Part shown: positions 1 through 9,930 of the stretch, in pieces
How the letters are laid out: each line of letters opens with the position of its first letter
Numbering within the stretch: the stretch's first letter is position 1
Sequence record: MH517022.1
Reading direction: 5' to 3' (one strand)
Length of the DNA stretch: 64,000 bases
From: Acinetobacter phage SH-Ab 15599
Translations under genes and position numbers: made by a program
The notes under the pieces: generated by a model
The model's database searches: none
What the model was told of the DNA's origin: nothing
What the model saw: only the letters and a program-made list of their open reading frames with translations

Positions 1-140
1 TATTATTAATCAGCAATTCAAAATAAAACCACTCTATCCAAGAGTATCACTATAAAAACAGTGACTGATACTTGTTACCCTTATCCTGTTGAAGGATTCT
101 GCTCCTAAATGTTCAGCTGAAGCAGTCAGACCGCGAACGG

Positions 141-185
141 AAGAACCAATTGGTTCCCTCTCTATCATTTTTCTTTACCGTAAGG
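141..185 (+). terminator. Rho-independent terminator-like hairpin GGAACCAATTGGTTCC followed by a T-rich run
   Basis: Perfect 14-nt palindrome GAACCAATTGGTTC, then CCTCTCTATCATTTTTC. Shares the GGTTCCCTC motif with the terminator after rIIA. Confidence 0.4.
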
Positions 186-597
186 CGATAGATTCAAATT
201 GGCATTTGGGATGTTCTGAACGATCCAATTTGAATTCTCCACTCACGCAAGCTATCAGTATCAATAAGATGAATGGATTTATGATAGTGAGTTATACAAC
301 CTCAGTTGAACCATTCAAATCGTCTTACAACTTTGAAAACTGACCATACCATCAGAGGGCAGTTACTCCTCAGTGGAAATAGCTTTATCAAGTACAAGAA
401 TCTCTGTCTAAGCAAATGGGTACAAGCTCGACAGAGCAACAAGACCGTCATTATAATATAAGATTCAGGTACAAGTAAAGTCTTTATTTTATTTGATTTA
501 TAAGTATTTGTTTTAACATAAAATAAAAGTAGAATATTAACGTTTTGATAATTTAGAAATGTTCAGAAATCAGATATAATAAATTTTTCAAATTTGT

Positions 598-1176
598 ATG
601 ATGAGGAGAATTCAAGTGTTAGAGAAGGATTTGATATACTCGAAAGATAAGCCTGAACTGCTATCTCCATTGAGTGTATTAGAAATATGGACAGATGGGG
701 GCACTACCAATAATGGTAAGGCTGATGCATTTGGGGGTTGGTCATTTGTAGGTATAGAGAATGGAAAGAAACCAATCATCGGGTTTTCAGAACATTGTCC
801 AGGTATCATTACAAATAATCGTTGTGAAATCATGGGGGTTATCGCTGCAATTCTCCATTTGGCAACTCCAGATCGCAAATTGATTATTCGTTCAGATTCT
901 CAATATGTGGTCAAGACGGTTAATGAATGGCGTCATGGTTGGGCTAGAAAGAAAGATCAATCGGCAATTCTCAATAAAGAGTTGTTTGAACAATTATTTC
1001 ATCTTGTAGATAACAATCACGTATCTCTGGAATGGGTGAAAGGTCACGCTTCTTCCGTAGGTAATAATATAGCTGATTTCTGGGCAACCAAAGCTATGAA
1101 GAAAGAAAAACCTACAGAAAAACATTTGACCCAAGCCGATTTTGTATATTTTAATTCAATTAAAGGATTCATGTAA
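598..1176 (+). CDS. rnhA: Ribonuclease HI (bacterial type 1 RNase H fold)
   Basis: 192 aa. Motifs TDGG..N.G, TNNR-E, RSDSQYV, WVKGHA..GNN.AD match the RNase HI DEDD active-site layout. Stop overlaps the next start (TAATG). Confidence 0.8.
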   Translation: MMRRIQVLEKDLIYSKDKPELLSPLSVLEIWTDGGTTNNGKADAFGGWSFVGIENGKKPIIGFSEHCPGIITNNRCEIMGVIAAILHLATPDRKLIIRSDSQYVVKTVNEWRHGWARKKDQSAILNKELFEQLFHLVDNNHVSLEWVKGHASSVGNNIADFWATKAMKKEKPTEKHLTQADFVYFNSIKGFM

Positions 1177-1784
1177 TGGCTGGCAAAAAAGTCCAGAATT
1201 ATGTTGATAATGAGAAATTGTCCGATGCCATAATCGAGTGGGTGGGGAGATATAACGAAGCTAAAGCAGCTGGGTTGAAACCTCCTAAACCATCAGATTA
1301 TATTGGAAAATCTATTCTCGACATTGCTACCAATCTCGCTCGGCATCCTAACTTCAACCGCTATACGTGGAAAGAAGATATGATTGGCGATGCTGTAGAA
1401 AATGCTATCAAATATCTACATAATTTCAATGGTGGGTCGGAAACAAGAACTGGTAAACCAAATGCATTCAGTTGGCTTACCTTATCTATGGAACGTGTGT
1501 TTTATGATAGAATTGACATGGAGAAGCGTCAAAACTATTATAAAAACAGACTGGGGCTTGATGCTATGGACTCCCTTTCTGAGGAGTTGGATATGTCTCA
1601 AGATATGCAAACAACATCTAACTCACAGAAAATAACAAACGACATTAGAACAAGAGTTGGGGAGTATGAAGAAAATCAGAAGAGAAGAAAGGCCAAGGAA
1701 CGGGAGAAACAGGAGAAAAAACGTGGACTTGAGGCTCCTGAGCCAATTAGTAAAACGACACATTCATTGCTAGACGCAATATAA
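1176..1784 (+). CDS. 55: Late-transcription sigma factor gp55
   Basis: 202 aa. NYV.N..L..AII.W, DYIGKSI..IA..LARHPNF..YTWKEDMIGDAVENAIKYLHNF and NP.AF pattern match T4 gp55. Confidence 0.8.
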   Translation: MAGKKVQNYVDNEKLSDAIIEWVGRYNEAKAAGLKPPKPSDYIGKSILDIATNLARHPNFNRYTWKEDMIGDAVENAIKYLHNFNGGSETRTGKPNAFSWLTLSMERVFYDRIDMEKRQNYYKNRLGLDAMDSLSEELDMSQDMQTTSNSQKITNDIRTRVGEYEENQKRRKAKEREKQEKKRGLEAPEPISKTTHSLLDAI

Positions 1785-1788
1785 CAAA

Positions 1789-1812
1789 GGGGAGCTGATA
1801 AGCTCCCCAATT
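1789..1812. terminator. Bidirectional hairpin terminator between convergent genes
   Basis: GGGGAGC-TGATA-AGCTCCCC stem-loop between the gp55 stop and the stop of the minus-strand gene. Confidence 0.45.
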
Positions 1813-1815
1813 CAT

Positions 1816-2604
1816 TTAACGAAGACAACCAACATCTTGTGAATCAAATTCAATTCCGTAATCTTTAGCATGAGCCACAGCTTTGTCTAACAGGTTGAAA
1901 TAGTCATTATCCACAACCACTCCATCCGCAGTTACGATCTGAAGTTGATATTCAAACGTGCCGTCGTCACAAGACTTTTTGAAGATATAAGCGCGACCAG
2001 CATTGTACGGAGCTGAAATGTTTTTCACAAGAGCTTCATCAATACGTTTATAGGCGGCATATTCTTTACCCTTGACGAATTTCAAAATGTCATCACGAGA
2101 TTTCATTACCTTGAGAGTTGACACCATATCCTTAGATTCAAGAGCTGCCTTCCAACGATGATGTCCGTCAATTACAAAATGGTCTTCTGAGATAATGATT
2201 TGTTTCTTTTTCCAACTCTTGGCTTCAATGATAGCCTTGACCTTTTTATCGTTGAATTCATTCTGAGATGGAGTCAACTCAGAAGCATCCATTTCGCCGT
2301 TTTCAATTGCAATATCGTATTTCTTCAGATCAGCAACAAATTTATCAATTTCCAGTTGCGGCAACTCTATGCGTTTCATCCCAGTGTCTTTAAACTCATA
2401 CAACAAGAACCCTTCGCCCATTTTGGCATTTTCATTAAACCCTACCTTTTCAAGAATGGTATCCAGGGTTTTCTGACTGTTGCTGAAAAACTTTATAGAG
2501 GAGTCAGTACACTCGGACATAATTGAAGTCCCAGCATACATTATTCCGCTACGGTGAAGACCAAGTGAATTGATCTTCTTATTGAACTGGTTAATCATGT
2601 CCAT
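1816..2604 (-). CDS. ParB/Srx-like nuclease-domain protein
   Basis: 262 aa. Motif ISEDHFVIDGHHRWKAA is typical of the ParB N-terminal/sulfiredoxin-fold domain. Transcribed against the flanking + genes. Confidence 0.55.
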   Translation of the reverse strand: MDMINQFNKKINSLGLHRSGIMYAGTSIMSECTDSSIKFFSNSQKTLDTILEKVGFNENAKMGEGFLLYEFKDTGMKRIELPQLEIDKFVADLKKYDIAIENGEMDASELTPSQNEFNDKKVKAIIEAKSWKKKQIIISEDHFVIDGHHRWKAALESKDMVSTLKVMKSRDDILKFVKGKEYAAYKRIDEALVKNISAPYNAGRAYIFKKSCDDGTFEYQLQIVTADGVVVDNDYFNLLDKAVAHAKDYGIEFDSQDVGCLR

Positions 2605-2686
2605 TTTGCGTACCTTTTGATTTTAGGTGAATACAATAAAATATATTATACTAAGGTGAATTTGTTCAGTATCAAAGGATAAACAG

Positions 2687-3076
2687 TTGACTACTCCATT
2701 CTTTCCTCATCTTTTAGTTGCAGTGCGCGTTTGGTGCCAAGAAAATGCCGTTGGATGCCATATAAAGGCGCCAACTGCTCAAGTATCTGGTTTACCTCAG
2801 CATATCATAAATCGATTTCCAGAAGAGATTACACTTGATATCTCAGAAGGGGCTGTTGCTAATTTCTCAATTGATATAGAACAGCTACATTTCAATTGTC
2901 GTTTCAATGGCGTTGATTGTTTCGTAATGACTAATGTTGATAAAGTGATTCTGGTACACTCAACAGACGGTCAAATTGTTTGTCTGAATCCAGCTTACGT
3001 TCCAGATGATAATGAAACAGAGCAGGTTGTAAAGGAAGAACCAAAATCTCAATCAAAACTCCGCATAGTGGAATAA
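2687..3076 (+). CDS. Hypothetical protein (start codon uncertain, possibly TTG)
   Basis: 129-aa ORF filling the gap before gp47. No ATG near the 5' end. Confidence 0.3.
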   Translation: MTTPFFPHLLVAVRVWCQENAVGCHIKAPTAQVSGLPQHIINRFPEEITLDISEGAVANFSIDIEQLHFNCRFNGVDCFVMTNVDKVILVHSTDGQIVCLNPAYVPDDNETEQVVKEEPKSQSKLRIVE

Positions 3077-3080
3077 CATC

Positions 3081-4172
3081 ATGTTAAAAATTGAAATTGA
3101 TTCACCCGTTGTAGCATTTATTGGCGACCTCCATTTTGGTATTAAGAACGGCGACAAGTGGTTCCTTGAATTCCAAGTTGCTTACATGAAACGCAAACTA
3201 GATCAAATGAAAGCATTGGGTATCAAATACCTTCTCCAAGCTGGGGACGCTCTGGACAACCGTAAGCGTACCGAGACCAATGTAATTGACGCTCTACAAG
3301 AAGTAAATGAGTATGCCAACGCATTAGGCATTATTATCATTTATATTGTAGGGAACCATAATACATTCTATACTGATACCAATGCTGTTCACAACTTGAA
3401 TATTATTCAACATATGAGTAATGTCGCAGTTGTAGATGAGCAAGCTGTGTTGACTTATAAGGGAGCGGATGTCATTCTGTTATTAGCTTGGATTCATAAG
3501 AATAACATTGCTAAAATGATGGAAGTGGTAGAAGCTTCAACGGCTCCTTACTGTATGATGCATGCTGAGTTTGACGGCTTTGAAATGTATAAAGGTATTG
3601 AAGCAAAGGGTGGTATGTCTATTGTACCATTCCGTCGTTTCAGCAAAGTTTTTTCTGGTCACTACCACACTGTTTCAGAAGATGGTAATATCAAATATGT
3701 AGGTTCTCCATATGCTCTTACATGGATGGATTACGTTGATGGAACAAATCGTGGATGGTTCGAGCTAGACCTTAGAACTGGTCAAGAAACATTCCATAAA
3801 AATGATGAAACCGAAACATTATTCTTTGTTGATAATTACGATCCAACATTTGAATATAATGAAGCTTATTTTGATAAACTCAAAAATAAAATTGTCAAAT
3901 TCTTTGTTAAAGAAGTTCCAGATCAAAAACATTTTGACAAATATGTGAAACTTATCAACTCTATTCCATTCATTGACCGCCGTATTATTGATGAGCGCGA
4001 AATTGCTGCAATTGAACATGCAACCGTTGATATCAAAACAATGAACCTCACTCCTGTGAAGGTTATCGATGAATACGTTCGCAAAGAAGCAACCAATGTA
4101 AACTTGAATCCTGACCTTGTTGCAGCGGAAGCGTTATCCTTGTACAATCACGCAACTGGTATGGAAGGTTAA
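3081..4172 (+). CDS. 47: Recombination nuclease gp47 (Mre11/SbcD-like)
   Basis: 363 aa. N-terminal FIGDLHFG and GNHN phosphoesterase motifs, positioned just upstream of gp46. Confidence 0.8.
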   Translation: MLKIEIDSPVVAFIGDLHFGIKNGDKWFLEFQVAYMKRKLDQMKALGIKYLLQAGDALDNRKRTETNVIDALQEVNEYANALGIIIIYIVGNHNTFYTDTNAVHNLNIIQHMSNVAVVDEQAVLTYKGADVILLLAWIHKNNIAKMMEVVEASTAPYCMMHAEFDGFEMYKGIEAKGGMSIVPFRRFSKVFSGHYHTVSEDGNIKYVGSPYALTWMDYVDGTNRGWFELDLRTGQETFHKNDETETLFFVDNYDPTFEYNEAYFDKLKNKIVKFFVKEVPDQKHFDKYVKLINSIPFIDRRIIDEREIAAIEHATVDIKTMNLTPVKVIDEYVRKEATNVNLNPDLVAAEALSLYNHATGMEG

Positions 4173-4176
4173 GATC

Positions 4177-4524
4177 ATGGAAAAATTATATCCTGTAATG
4201 GATTCAAACGTTTTACTACAATTATTTCGCCCGTACAAATTCAATGTATTGAAGGTTACTCACGGCTCTGTTACCTTCAATAAAGGTTTGAACGATCCTC
4301 TTGATAATGCACAAATTGTACGCACCAAGTCTGTTCAAGGGTATGTTACAGAAGATCAGTTCAATCATTTGCTTTCTTTCAATAAGAGCATGGATGAGAT
4401 TAATGAAGCCTATCAAAAGCAGGTCAAAGCTTTGAAAGAGCAATATAAATCAACTCTCATTACATTTGTTGAACACAATGAAGAGCGTGGTATGTCTATC
4501 ACCAAACAACTGGAAGCGAAATAA
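4177..4524 (+). CDS. Hypothetical small protein between gp47 and gp46
   Basis: ATG at 4177 preceded by AAGGTTAAG. 115 aa, ending at the gp46 start. Confidence 0.45.
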   Translation: MEKLYPVMDSNVLLQLFRPYKFNVLKVTHGSVTFNKGLNDPLDNAQIVRTKSVQGYVTEDQFNHLLSFNKSMDEINEAYQKQVKALKEQYKSTLITFVEHNEERGMSITKQLEAK

Positions 4525-6665
4525 TGTCGCATATCAACTTCAAAACAATTTTTGCTAAAAACTTTCGTTCTATAGACAATGTTGGTCTTACTATTAATTA
4601 TAACAATGGTAAAAGCACTCTCGTTGCCTCTACTGATAATGGATCTGGTAAATCTACCATCTGGCGAGATGCGTTGTTTTACCTCTTGTTTGATAAGCCT
4701 TATGCGAAAGGTCAAACAAAGTCGCAACTGATTAACTCTCGTTCAGGTAATGGTTGTTTGGTACGGGGTGAATTTGAAAAGGGTGGCGTTGAATATGTTG
4801 TTGAACGAGGACAGAAGCCCTCTGTATTCAATATTACTGTTGACGGTACACCTCTCAATAAAGAAGCTGTAGACTTTCAAAAGACATTGCTTGATATCTT
4901 AGGTTCTGATGAAAAATTGTTCTCTAACAGTATCATTCTGGGCGCAGACAAGTTTGTTCCATTTACCACAATGGGCGCTGAGGAACGCCGTAAGTTTGGT
5001 GATCAGATGCTAGACCTTCTTGTTGTATCTGTAATGAGCAATGAGAACAAACAACGTTTGAAAGCAATCAATACTGAATTGGATATCAAACAGCCTGAAC
5101 TGTTGGTCATTGAAACCAAGATTACAGCTAAAAAAGAAATCATTGAAGTCAAGAAGCAGAACGGCGTTGAGAAAGAAAACAAGATACTTTCCAACATTGA
5201 ACAAATCAAAGGGCGCATTAAACAGAATCATTCAGATCGAGAATTGTTGGGAGAAGAAATTGAAGCTCTGACAAAACAAGAAACTCTTAAAAAAGATGAA
5301 CTACGTTCCGTCGAACAAACAATCTTTCAAGAGTTCTCTGGCCCGATCAATGATTTAAAATCTGAAATTGAAAAGGCTAAATCTCTTACGTCTGATCAAG
5401 ATACAAAAGAGCTACGCCGTTTACAAGATGAATTGGTGCTTCAGAATAAGGATGTAACCAGACTTCAGGTTGAATATAATGCGGTTGAATCTGATTTCAA
5501 AAACAAATATGCTGAACAAGCTCAATATGTAAAAATCGTTGAAGGTCTGAAAGAAAAGTTAGAAAATTTGAAAGCGCCAGACCGGAATTCACCTTGTTCT
5601 CATTGCGGTGGTGTAGTTGGAGATGATTACTTCGCTAAACATCAAGCTGAGTATGAAGCAAGTAAGGCTAAACTGGTGGCAGGTATTGCTCAAGGCGAAG
5701 AAATGCTTGAGACCTATGCTTCATTGGATCACGCTTATGCCCAATTTGATGAACATGGATCTACTGAGTTGGAAGCTGCTAAAGAGCAAGTTGAGAAGAC
5801 CAAGCTTGCAATTTCAGAAGTTGAAAAACGTTTATACGCATTTGAATCAGAGAAGCGCGGCGCTATTGATAAGGCTGAAGCTAATTTGAAACAAAAACAA
5901 TCTGATCTGAAAACTGAATTGGCCAATCGTTCATCTGGTATCAAGTCTGAATTGGCTACCATTGAAGCTAATATTCGTTCAAAGAATGATCAATCAACTC
6001 AACTCTTATCAACCTTATCTGGTCATGAACGCGATATTGCTTTTGAAGAGAAGACGCTTGCTGACCTGAAAGCTAATTCAGACTTTGCTACTGACGAATC
6101 TGATCTTCTGTTACTTGAAAGTGATAAGGCTCAACTTGATACTGAAATTACTGATCTGTTCAAGAAGAAAGAAATTCAAGAGCTTATGGTCAAGTGTTTG
6201 AAAGACGATGGTATCAAAGCTAAAATGGTGGACAACTACGTTCCATATTTGAATGATCGCATTAACTTCTATCTTGAAAAAATGTCCTTCTATGTTCGTA
6301 TTGAAATGAACAATGAATATGAATTGGAGATGTTTGCTCCTGATCGTAAAGGTCAAACCATTTCTTGTTTATCAGCTGGTCAACAGAAGCGTATTGACTT
6401 AGCGGTATTGATGGCTTGGAGAGATTTAGCGCGTCAGGCCTCTACTAACAGTTGTAACATTCTAATCATGGATGAAGTGTTAGAGGCTATGTCTCAAAAC
6501 GGTATCATTGACTTCATGGAAATGTGGCGTGGAATTGACGAATCTAAGTTCACCAACTTGGTTGTAATTACTCAACGTAAAGACGAGTTCAGTTCATTGT
6601 TTGATGAATGCAAATTCTACAAATTGGTTGATAATACTACTGTGGAGATTAGTGAAAATGAATAA
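4524..6665 (+). CDS. 46: Recombination ATPase gp46 (Rad50/SbcC-like)
   Basis: 713 aa. Walker A GSGKST, a long coiled-coil with a CxxC zinc hook (CSHCGG), signature LSAGQQ and Walker B IMDE. RGQKPSVFNITVDGT matches T4 gp46. Confidence 0.85.
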   Translation: MSHINFKTIFAKNFRSIDNVGLTINYNNGKSTLVASTDNGSGKSTIWRDALFYLLFDKPYAKGQTKSQLINSRSGNGCLVRGEFEKGGVEYVVERGQKPSVFNITVDGTPLNKEAVDFQKTLLDILGSDEKLFSNSIILGADKFVPFTTMGAEERRKFGDQMLDLLVVSVMSNENKQRLKAINTELDIKQPELLVIETKITAKKEIIEVKKQNGVEKENKILSNIEQIKGRIKQNHSDRELLGEEIEALTKQETLKKDELRSVEQTIFQEFSGPINDLKSEIEKAKSLTSDQDTKELRRLQDELVLQNKDVTRLQVEYNAVESDFKNKYAEQAQYVKIVEGLKEKLENLKAPDRNSPCSHCGGVVGDDYFAKHQAEYEASKAKLVAGIAQGEEMLETYASLDHAYAQFDEHGSTELEAAKEQVEKTKLAISEVEKRLYAFESEKRGAIDKAEANLKQKQSDLKTELANRSSGIKSELATIEANIRSKNDQSTQLLSTLSGHERDIAFEEKTLADLKANSDFATDESDLLLLESDKAQLDTEITDLFKKKEIQELMVKCLKDDGIKAKMVDNYVPYLNDRINFYLEKMSFYVRIEMNNEYELEMFAPDRKGQTISCLSAGQQKRIDLAVLMAWRDLARQASTNSCNILIMDEVLEAMSQNGIIDFMEMWRGIDESKFTNLVVITQRKDEFSSLFDECKFYKLVDNTTVEISENE

Positions 6666-7086
6666 GATTTATGACGTTTCTGAAAATTTATCAGTCGACC
6701 TTTCTAAAGTGGCTAAAATCTCTCATTATATTGATAATAGTGAGAAAAATACTGGAAAATTGTATATCCAAATGGATTGTGCAGCGGAACATGCATATTA
6801 CAAAGTGCCGAGAGAACAGTTTACAGAATTGTTAAAGGCTTGGAAACAATATCACTCTGCACAAAATGTAGGTGCTACAATACAAGCTACTCCAATTGAT
6901 TATACTGGAAAGACTGTTAGAATCCTAGGACATTTATATACAGCGGATACTTGTGGTCGAGCTTCTACATATAGCAAAGGATCCACGTTTCGCGTGAAAC
7001 AACAAGACGGTCTCCTGTTGAATGATGGAGATAATAATTGGGTTCACGCCTTCGATGTGGAAATTTTAGGAGGTTTAAACAAATGA
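6658..7086 (+). CDS. Small protein, paralog A of a tandem pair
   Basis: Start overlaps the gp46 stop. Shares SVDLSKV..SH, YKVPREQF.ELLKAWKQ and CGR.S.YS....F.VK.QDG with the next ORF. Confidence 0.55.
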   Translation: MNKIYDVSENLSVDLSKVAKISHYIDNSEKNTGKLYIQMDCAAEHAYYKVPREQFTELLKAWKQYHSAQNVGATIQATPIDYTGKTVRILGHLYTADTCGRASTYSKGSTFRVKQQDGLLLNDGDNNWVHAFDVEILGGLNK

Positions 7087-7475
7087 GCAATATTTATGAA
7101 GTTGAAGATCGCATATCTGTAGATTTATCTAAATTGGTAAGACTGTCTCACAGAGAGGGGTCTGGGCTTCTCGTCCAAATGGAAGGAACAAACCGAGAAA
7201 TATATGAACGAGTACCCAAATCTGCCTATAAAGAATTATTAGCAGCTTGGAAACAATGGCAAGAATTGAATTCTCCAAACAAAGGAATAAACCTCGGTAA
7301 TTTGGTCGGTAGAGTTGTCAAAGTTATTGGGTATGACCATACCCAAAGGAATTGCGGAAGACCATCTTCTTACAGTAGAAATGCTACATTCGTAGTTAAA
7401 AATCAAGACGGTTGTATCCTTGATGACGGTGATCGCAATTTCGTTCATATGTTTGACGTTGAAGTTATGCGTTAA
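7083..7475 (+). CDS. Small protein, paralog B of a tandem pair
   Basis: ATGA start/stop overlap with paralog A. Collinear similarity over the whole length. Confidence 0.55.
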   Translation: MSNIYEVEDRISVDLSKLVRLSHREGSGLLVQMEGTNREIYERVPKSAYKELLAAWKQWQELNSPNKGINLGNLVGRVVKVIGYDHTQRNCGRPSSYSRNATFVVKNQDGCILDDGDRNFVHMFDVEVMR

Positions 7476-7498
7476 TTGATTTAATTCTGTTAAACTAT

Positions 7499-7535
7499 CC
7501 CTGAGGTATAATAACTTCAGGGATTTTTATTTGAG
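7499..7535 (+). terminator. Rho-independent terminator
   Basis: TCCCTGAGG...ACTTCAGGGA hairpin followed by TTTTTATTTG. Confidence 0.5.
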
Positions 7536-7541
7536 ATAGAA

Positions 7542-8606
7542 ATGATTTATGAACTTATAGGGTATGTCAATCAAGTAGGCATGCGTCTGGAAGGTTTTAA
7601 ACAGGTTCGAGACAATGTTTGGAATGCTCGTTGTCCAGTCTGCGGTGACTCTGAAAAACGTAAGGGAAAGAGACGTTTTTACATTCATCTCGATAAGCAA
7701 AAGACAAGTCTGATTGCTAGTTGTCGTAACTGTTCATATGCTAACTCTTTCTTATATTTCATGAAAGATTTTCACAATGATCTATATTTGGAAGCGACAT
7801 TTGAGTTATTCAAAAACAAAGCAGAAAACAAGCCCGTAAGATTTACAAAAACAGAAGTCCCAGAAATAGATGAACCTGAAGTCATAAATGTAATTGATCA
7901 TACTCAACTTTATGAGACATTGGACTGCGTTCCGGAAAACAACCCAGTAAGACGATATGTCAAATCTCGTTACATTTATGATCATTGTCTTTCGAGATTA
8001 GGTTGGTGTGAAAATTTTAGAACCTTCTCTCAACAATTTGATCAATATGAAGATTCTTCAGATATGCCGGAAGATGTCAGATTGTTAATACCATTCTTTA
8101 ATCAGAAGGGTGAGATCACTCATATTCAGGCTCGCGCTATTGATCCAAATGCGTATATCCGTTATATCACATTGAAAATAGATGAAAGAGCGCCTAAATG
8201 GTTTGGGGTAGAACAACTGAAATCGGATTTCCCAACATATGTTATTGAAGGGCCGATTGACAGCTTATTCATTCCAAATTGCGTGGCTACAGCTGATGCA
8301 AATCTGTTATCATATCCAGATGGCGATATTTATATCCCTGACAACCAATACCGCAATAAAGAGATTGTTAACATCGTAAACCGCGTTATTGAATCTGGGA
8401 AATCGGTCGTATTGTTTCCAAACGACTTCAAATATAAAGATATCAATGATGCCATCATAAGTGGTTTACCAATTGTTGAACTTTACAGAATCATTAAACG
8501 TAATACATTCAGTGGTATGCAAGCCAAGCTTGAATGGTCAACTCGACACAAAGTAGGAGTAAGAAATGGCAACTTTAAAAGATCAACCAACAATCGCAGA
8601 TTTTGA
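7542..8606 (+). CDS. 61: DNA primase gp61
   Basis: 354 aa. N-terminal zinc ribbon CPVCGDS...CRNCS and a C-terminal TOPRIM-like region. Layout matches T4 gp61. Confidence 0.75.
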   Translation: MIYELIGYVNQVGMRLEGFKQVRDNVWNARCPVCGDSEKRKGKRRFYIHLDKQKTSLIASCRNCSYANSFLYFMKDFHNDLYLEATFELFKNKAENKPVRFTKTEVPEIDEPEVINVIDHTQLYETLDCVPENNPVRRYVKSRYIYDHCLSRLGWCENFRTFSQQFDQYEDSSDMPEDVRLLIPFFNQKGEITHIQARAIDPNAYIRYITLKIDERAPKWFGVEQLKSDFPTYVIEGPIDSLFIPNCVATADANLLSYPDGDIYIPDNQYRNKEIVNIVNRVIESGKSVVLFPNDFKYKDINDAIISGLPIVELYRIIKRNTFSGMQAKLEWSTRHKVGVRNGNFKRSTNNRRF

Positions 8607-9072
8607 ACTGGTAGTGGATCTAGCTGGACGTTATTTGAATATCATTAGTCGTAATCCACATAAAGATTATAGAACGCATAATCCTTACCAATATTTGGAC
8701 GATATGAGCAACTCCATTTCAGCTTGTCAACATTTCTTTCAAGCTATTGTAAGGGAAGATTTAACAAAGCATTCGGATATGTTGAATGAACATATGCCTA
8801 CAAATGTTCCAGTTGAAGATTTACTCTGTGAATACGCTAAGGTTGTACATGAAGTTAAAGGGTTTGATGATAGAAAATCTTTGAACGAATGGTTAAAGAC
8901 TCTTGATAATTCTCTTCATCGGGTTATTAGAATCACACCTATGGCCCCTTATAATAATAGAAGTGGTTTTGAAGTTCATTTTGTTACATTAGAACGTACA
9001 GATGAATTTAAGGTGGACGCAGTTATAACTGATCTGTTGCAGAAAACGGATAAATCCATTAAAAAACTTTAA
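8566..9072 (+). CDS. Hypothetical protein
   Basis: 168-aa ORF with RBS GGAGTAAGAA-ATG. Overlaps the gp61 3' end. Confidence 0.45.
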   Translation: MATLKDQPTIADFELVVDLAGRYLNIISRNPHKDYRTHNPYQYLDDMSNSISACQHFFQAIVREDLTKHSDMLNEHMPTNVPVEDLLCEYAKVVHEVKGFDDRKSLNEWLKTLDNSLHRVIRITPMAPYNNRSGFEVHFVTLERTDEFKVDAVITDLLQKTDKSIKKL

Positions 9073-9138
9073 TAAATTCATATAGTTAAGGTGTGGAAAA
9101 TACCAATTCCACACTACCGTGCGATAAAGGAGAAATGT

Positions 9139-9528
9139 ATGTCTATTCATATGGGCGTAGTAACTGGCGAGATCACAGATACTGTAAGAATGATTATGGA
9201 GAGATTCGATACAGGACATTTCAGAGTAATGCATTGCCCTGAAGCTATCTTTAAAAGAGATGTTGTTTGCGAATCTATCGTATTTGATACAGAGTACGCC
9301 GCTTTCAGTATTGCAACCGTGAAGGGAAATTTACATCCAGATGATCTAGAAGAAGTATTTGAGTACCAATTCTTCATGTTGTTCTGTGCGGAAGGACAAA
9401 TGACTGTAAATGGATATTTGATTGAGCCTGAACAAATGTGTTTAGTTGAAGATCCATATATTGAAGTTGAATCAAATACATTATGGGGTATAGCTCCAAT
9501 TGGTTCTGCACTAAAACTGAGGATATAA
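9139..9528 (+). CDS. Hypothetical protein
   Basis: AGGAG RBS 6 nt upstream of the ATG at 9139. 129 aa. Confidence 0.45.
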   Translation: MSIHMGVVTGEITDTVRMIMERFDTGHFRVMHCPEAIFKRDVVCESIVFDTEYAAFSIATVKGNLHPDDLEEVFEYQFFMLFCAEGQMTVNGYLIEPEQMCLVEDPYIEVESNTLWGIAPIGSALKLRI

Positions 9529-9529
9529 C

Positions 9530-9904
9530 ATGAAGATCGCTATCAAAGAATCTACATTAAATGAAATACGCCAGCAACATGTTAAACACATTAATCATGT
9601 ATTCAAAACAAGCAAATATACATTAGTTTGTGCAGAACGGTTTTCAAATAAGGAAGTGGTTGAAAAACTTTCAGAGGCTGGATATGCTCTAGATGATTCA
9701 AGAGCAATTCACGTATCTTCTACTACAGTCACTAACATCCCAGAGCAAGGTCAATATGCTTTGTTGAGATTATTTGGTAACCCCTTTAAACTGGGCAAAG
9801 AGACTCTAGGCAACAGTTTGCACATAATTGAAAATAAAGATTGTTTATCTGTTAATACAGAGACGTCTACATATTATGTGTTATACCCAATTAAAAATAT
9901 TTGA
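9530..9904 (+). CDS. Hypothetical protein
   Basis: 124-aa ORF abutting the previous stop. Confidence 0.4.
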   Translation: MKIAIKESTLNEIRQQHVKHINHVFKTSKYTLVCAERFSNKEVVEKLSEAGYALDDSRAIHVSSTTVTNIPEQGQYALLRLFGNPFKLGKETLGNSLHIIENKDCLSVNTETSTYYVLYPIKNI

Positions 9905-9930
9905 TTTCTTAACATAATAGTATATCATAT
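9901..9930 (+). promoter_or_regulatory. Candidate sigma70-like early promoter upstream of rIIA
   Basis: TTGATT-N17-TATCAT, with TATAAT just downstream, about 50 nt before the rIIA ATG. Confidence 0.3.

Noticed and set aside
89-343. 84-aa + ORF at the window start
   Set aside because: It spans a palindromic terminator hairpin (141-185) and AT-rich leader. No RBS, and the composition is atypical. Most likely non-coding.
545-580. TTGATA...TATAAT pair upstream of the RNase HI gene as a sigma70 promoter
   Set aside because: The spacing is 24 nt, too long for a canonical promoter. A promoter probably exists in this AT-rich leader but this pairing is not it.
612-878. Antisense ORFs inside confirmed genes (612-878 minus, 1402-1635 plus, 2200-2526 plus, 3819-4147 minus, 5003-5231 minus, 17659-18201 minus, 46355-46624, and many others in the track)
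   Set aside because: These are fully embedded in, and out of frame with, genes that show strong recognisable homology motifs. They are typical six-frame artefacts.
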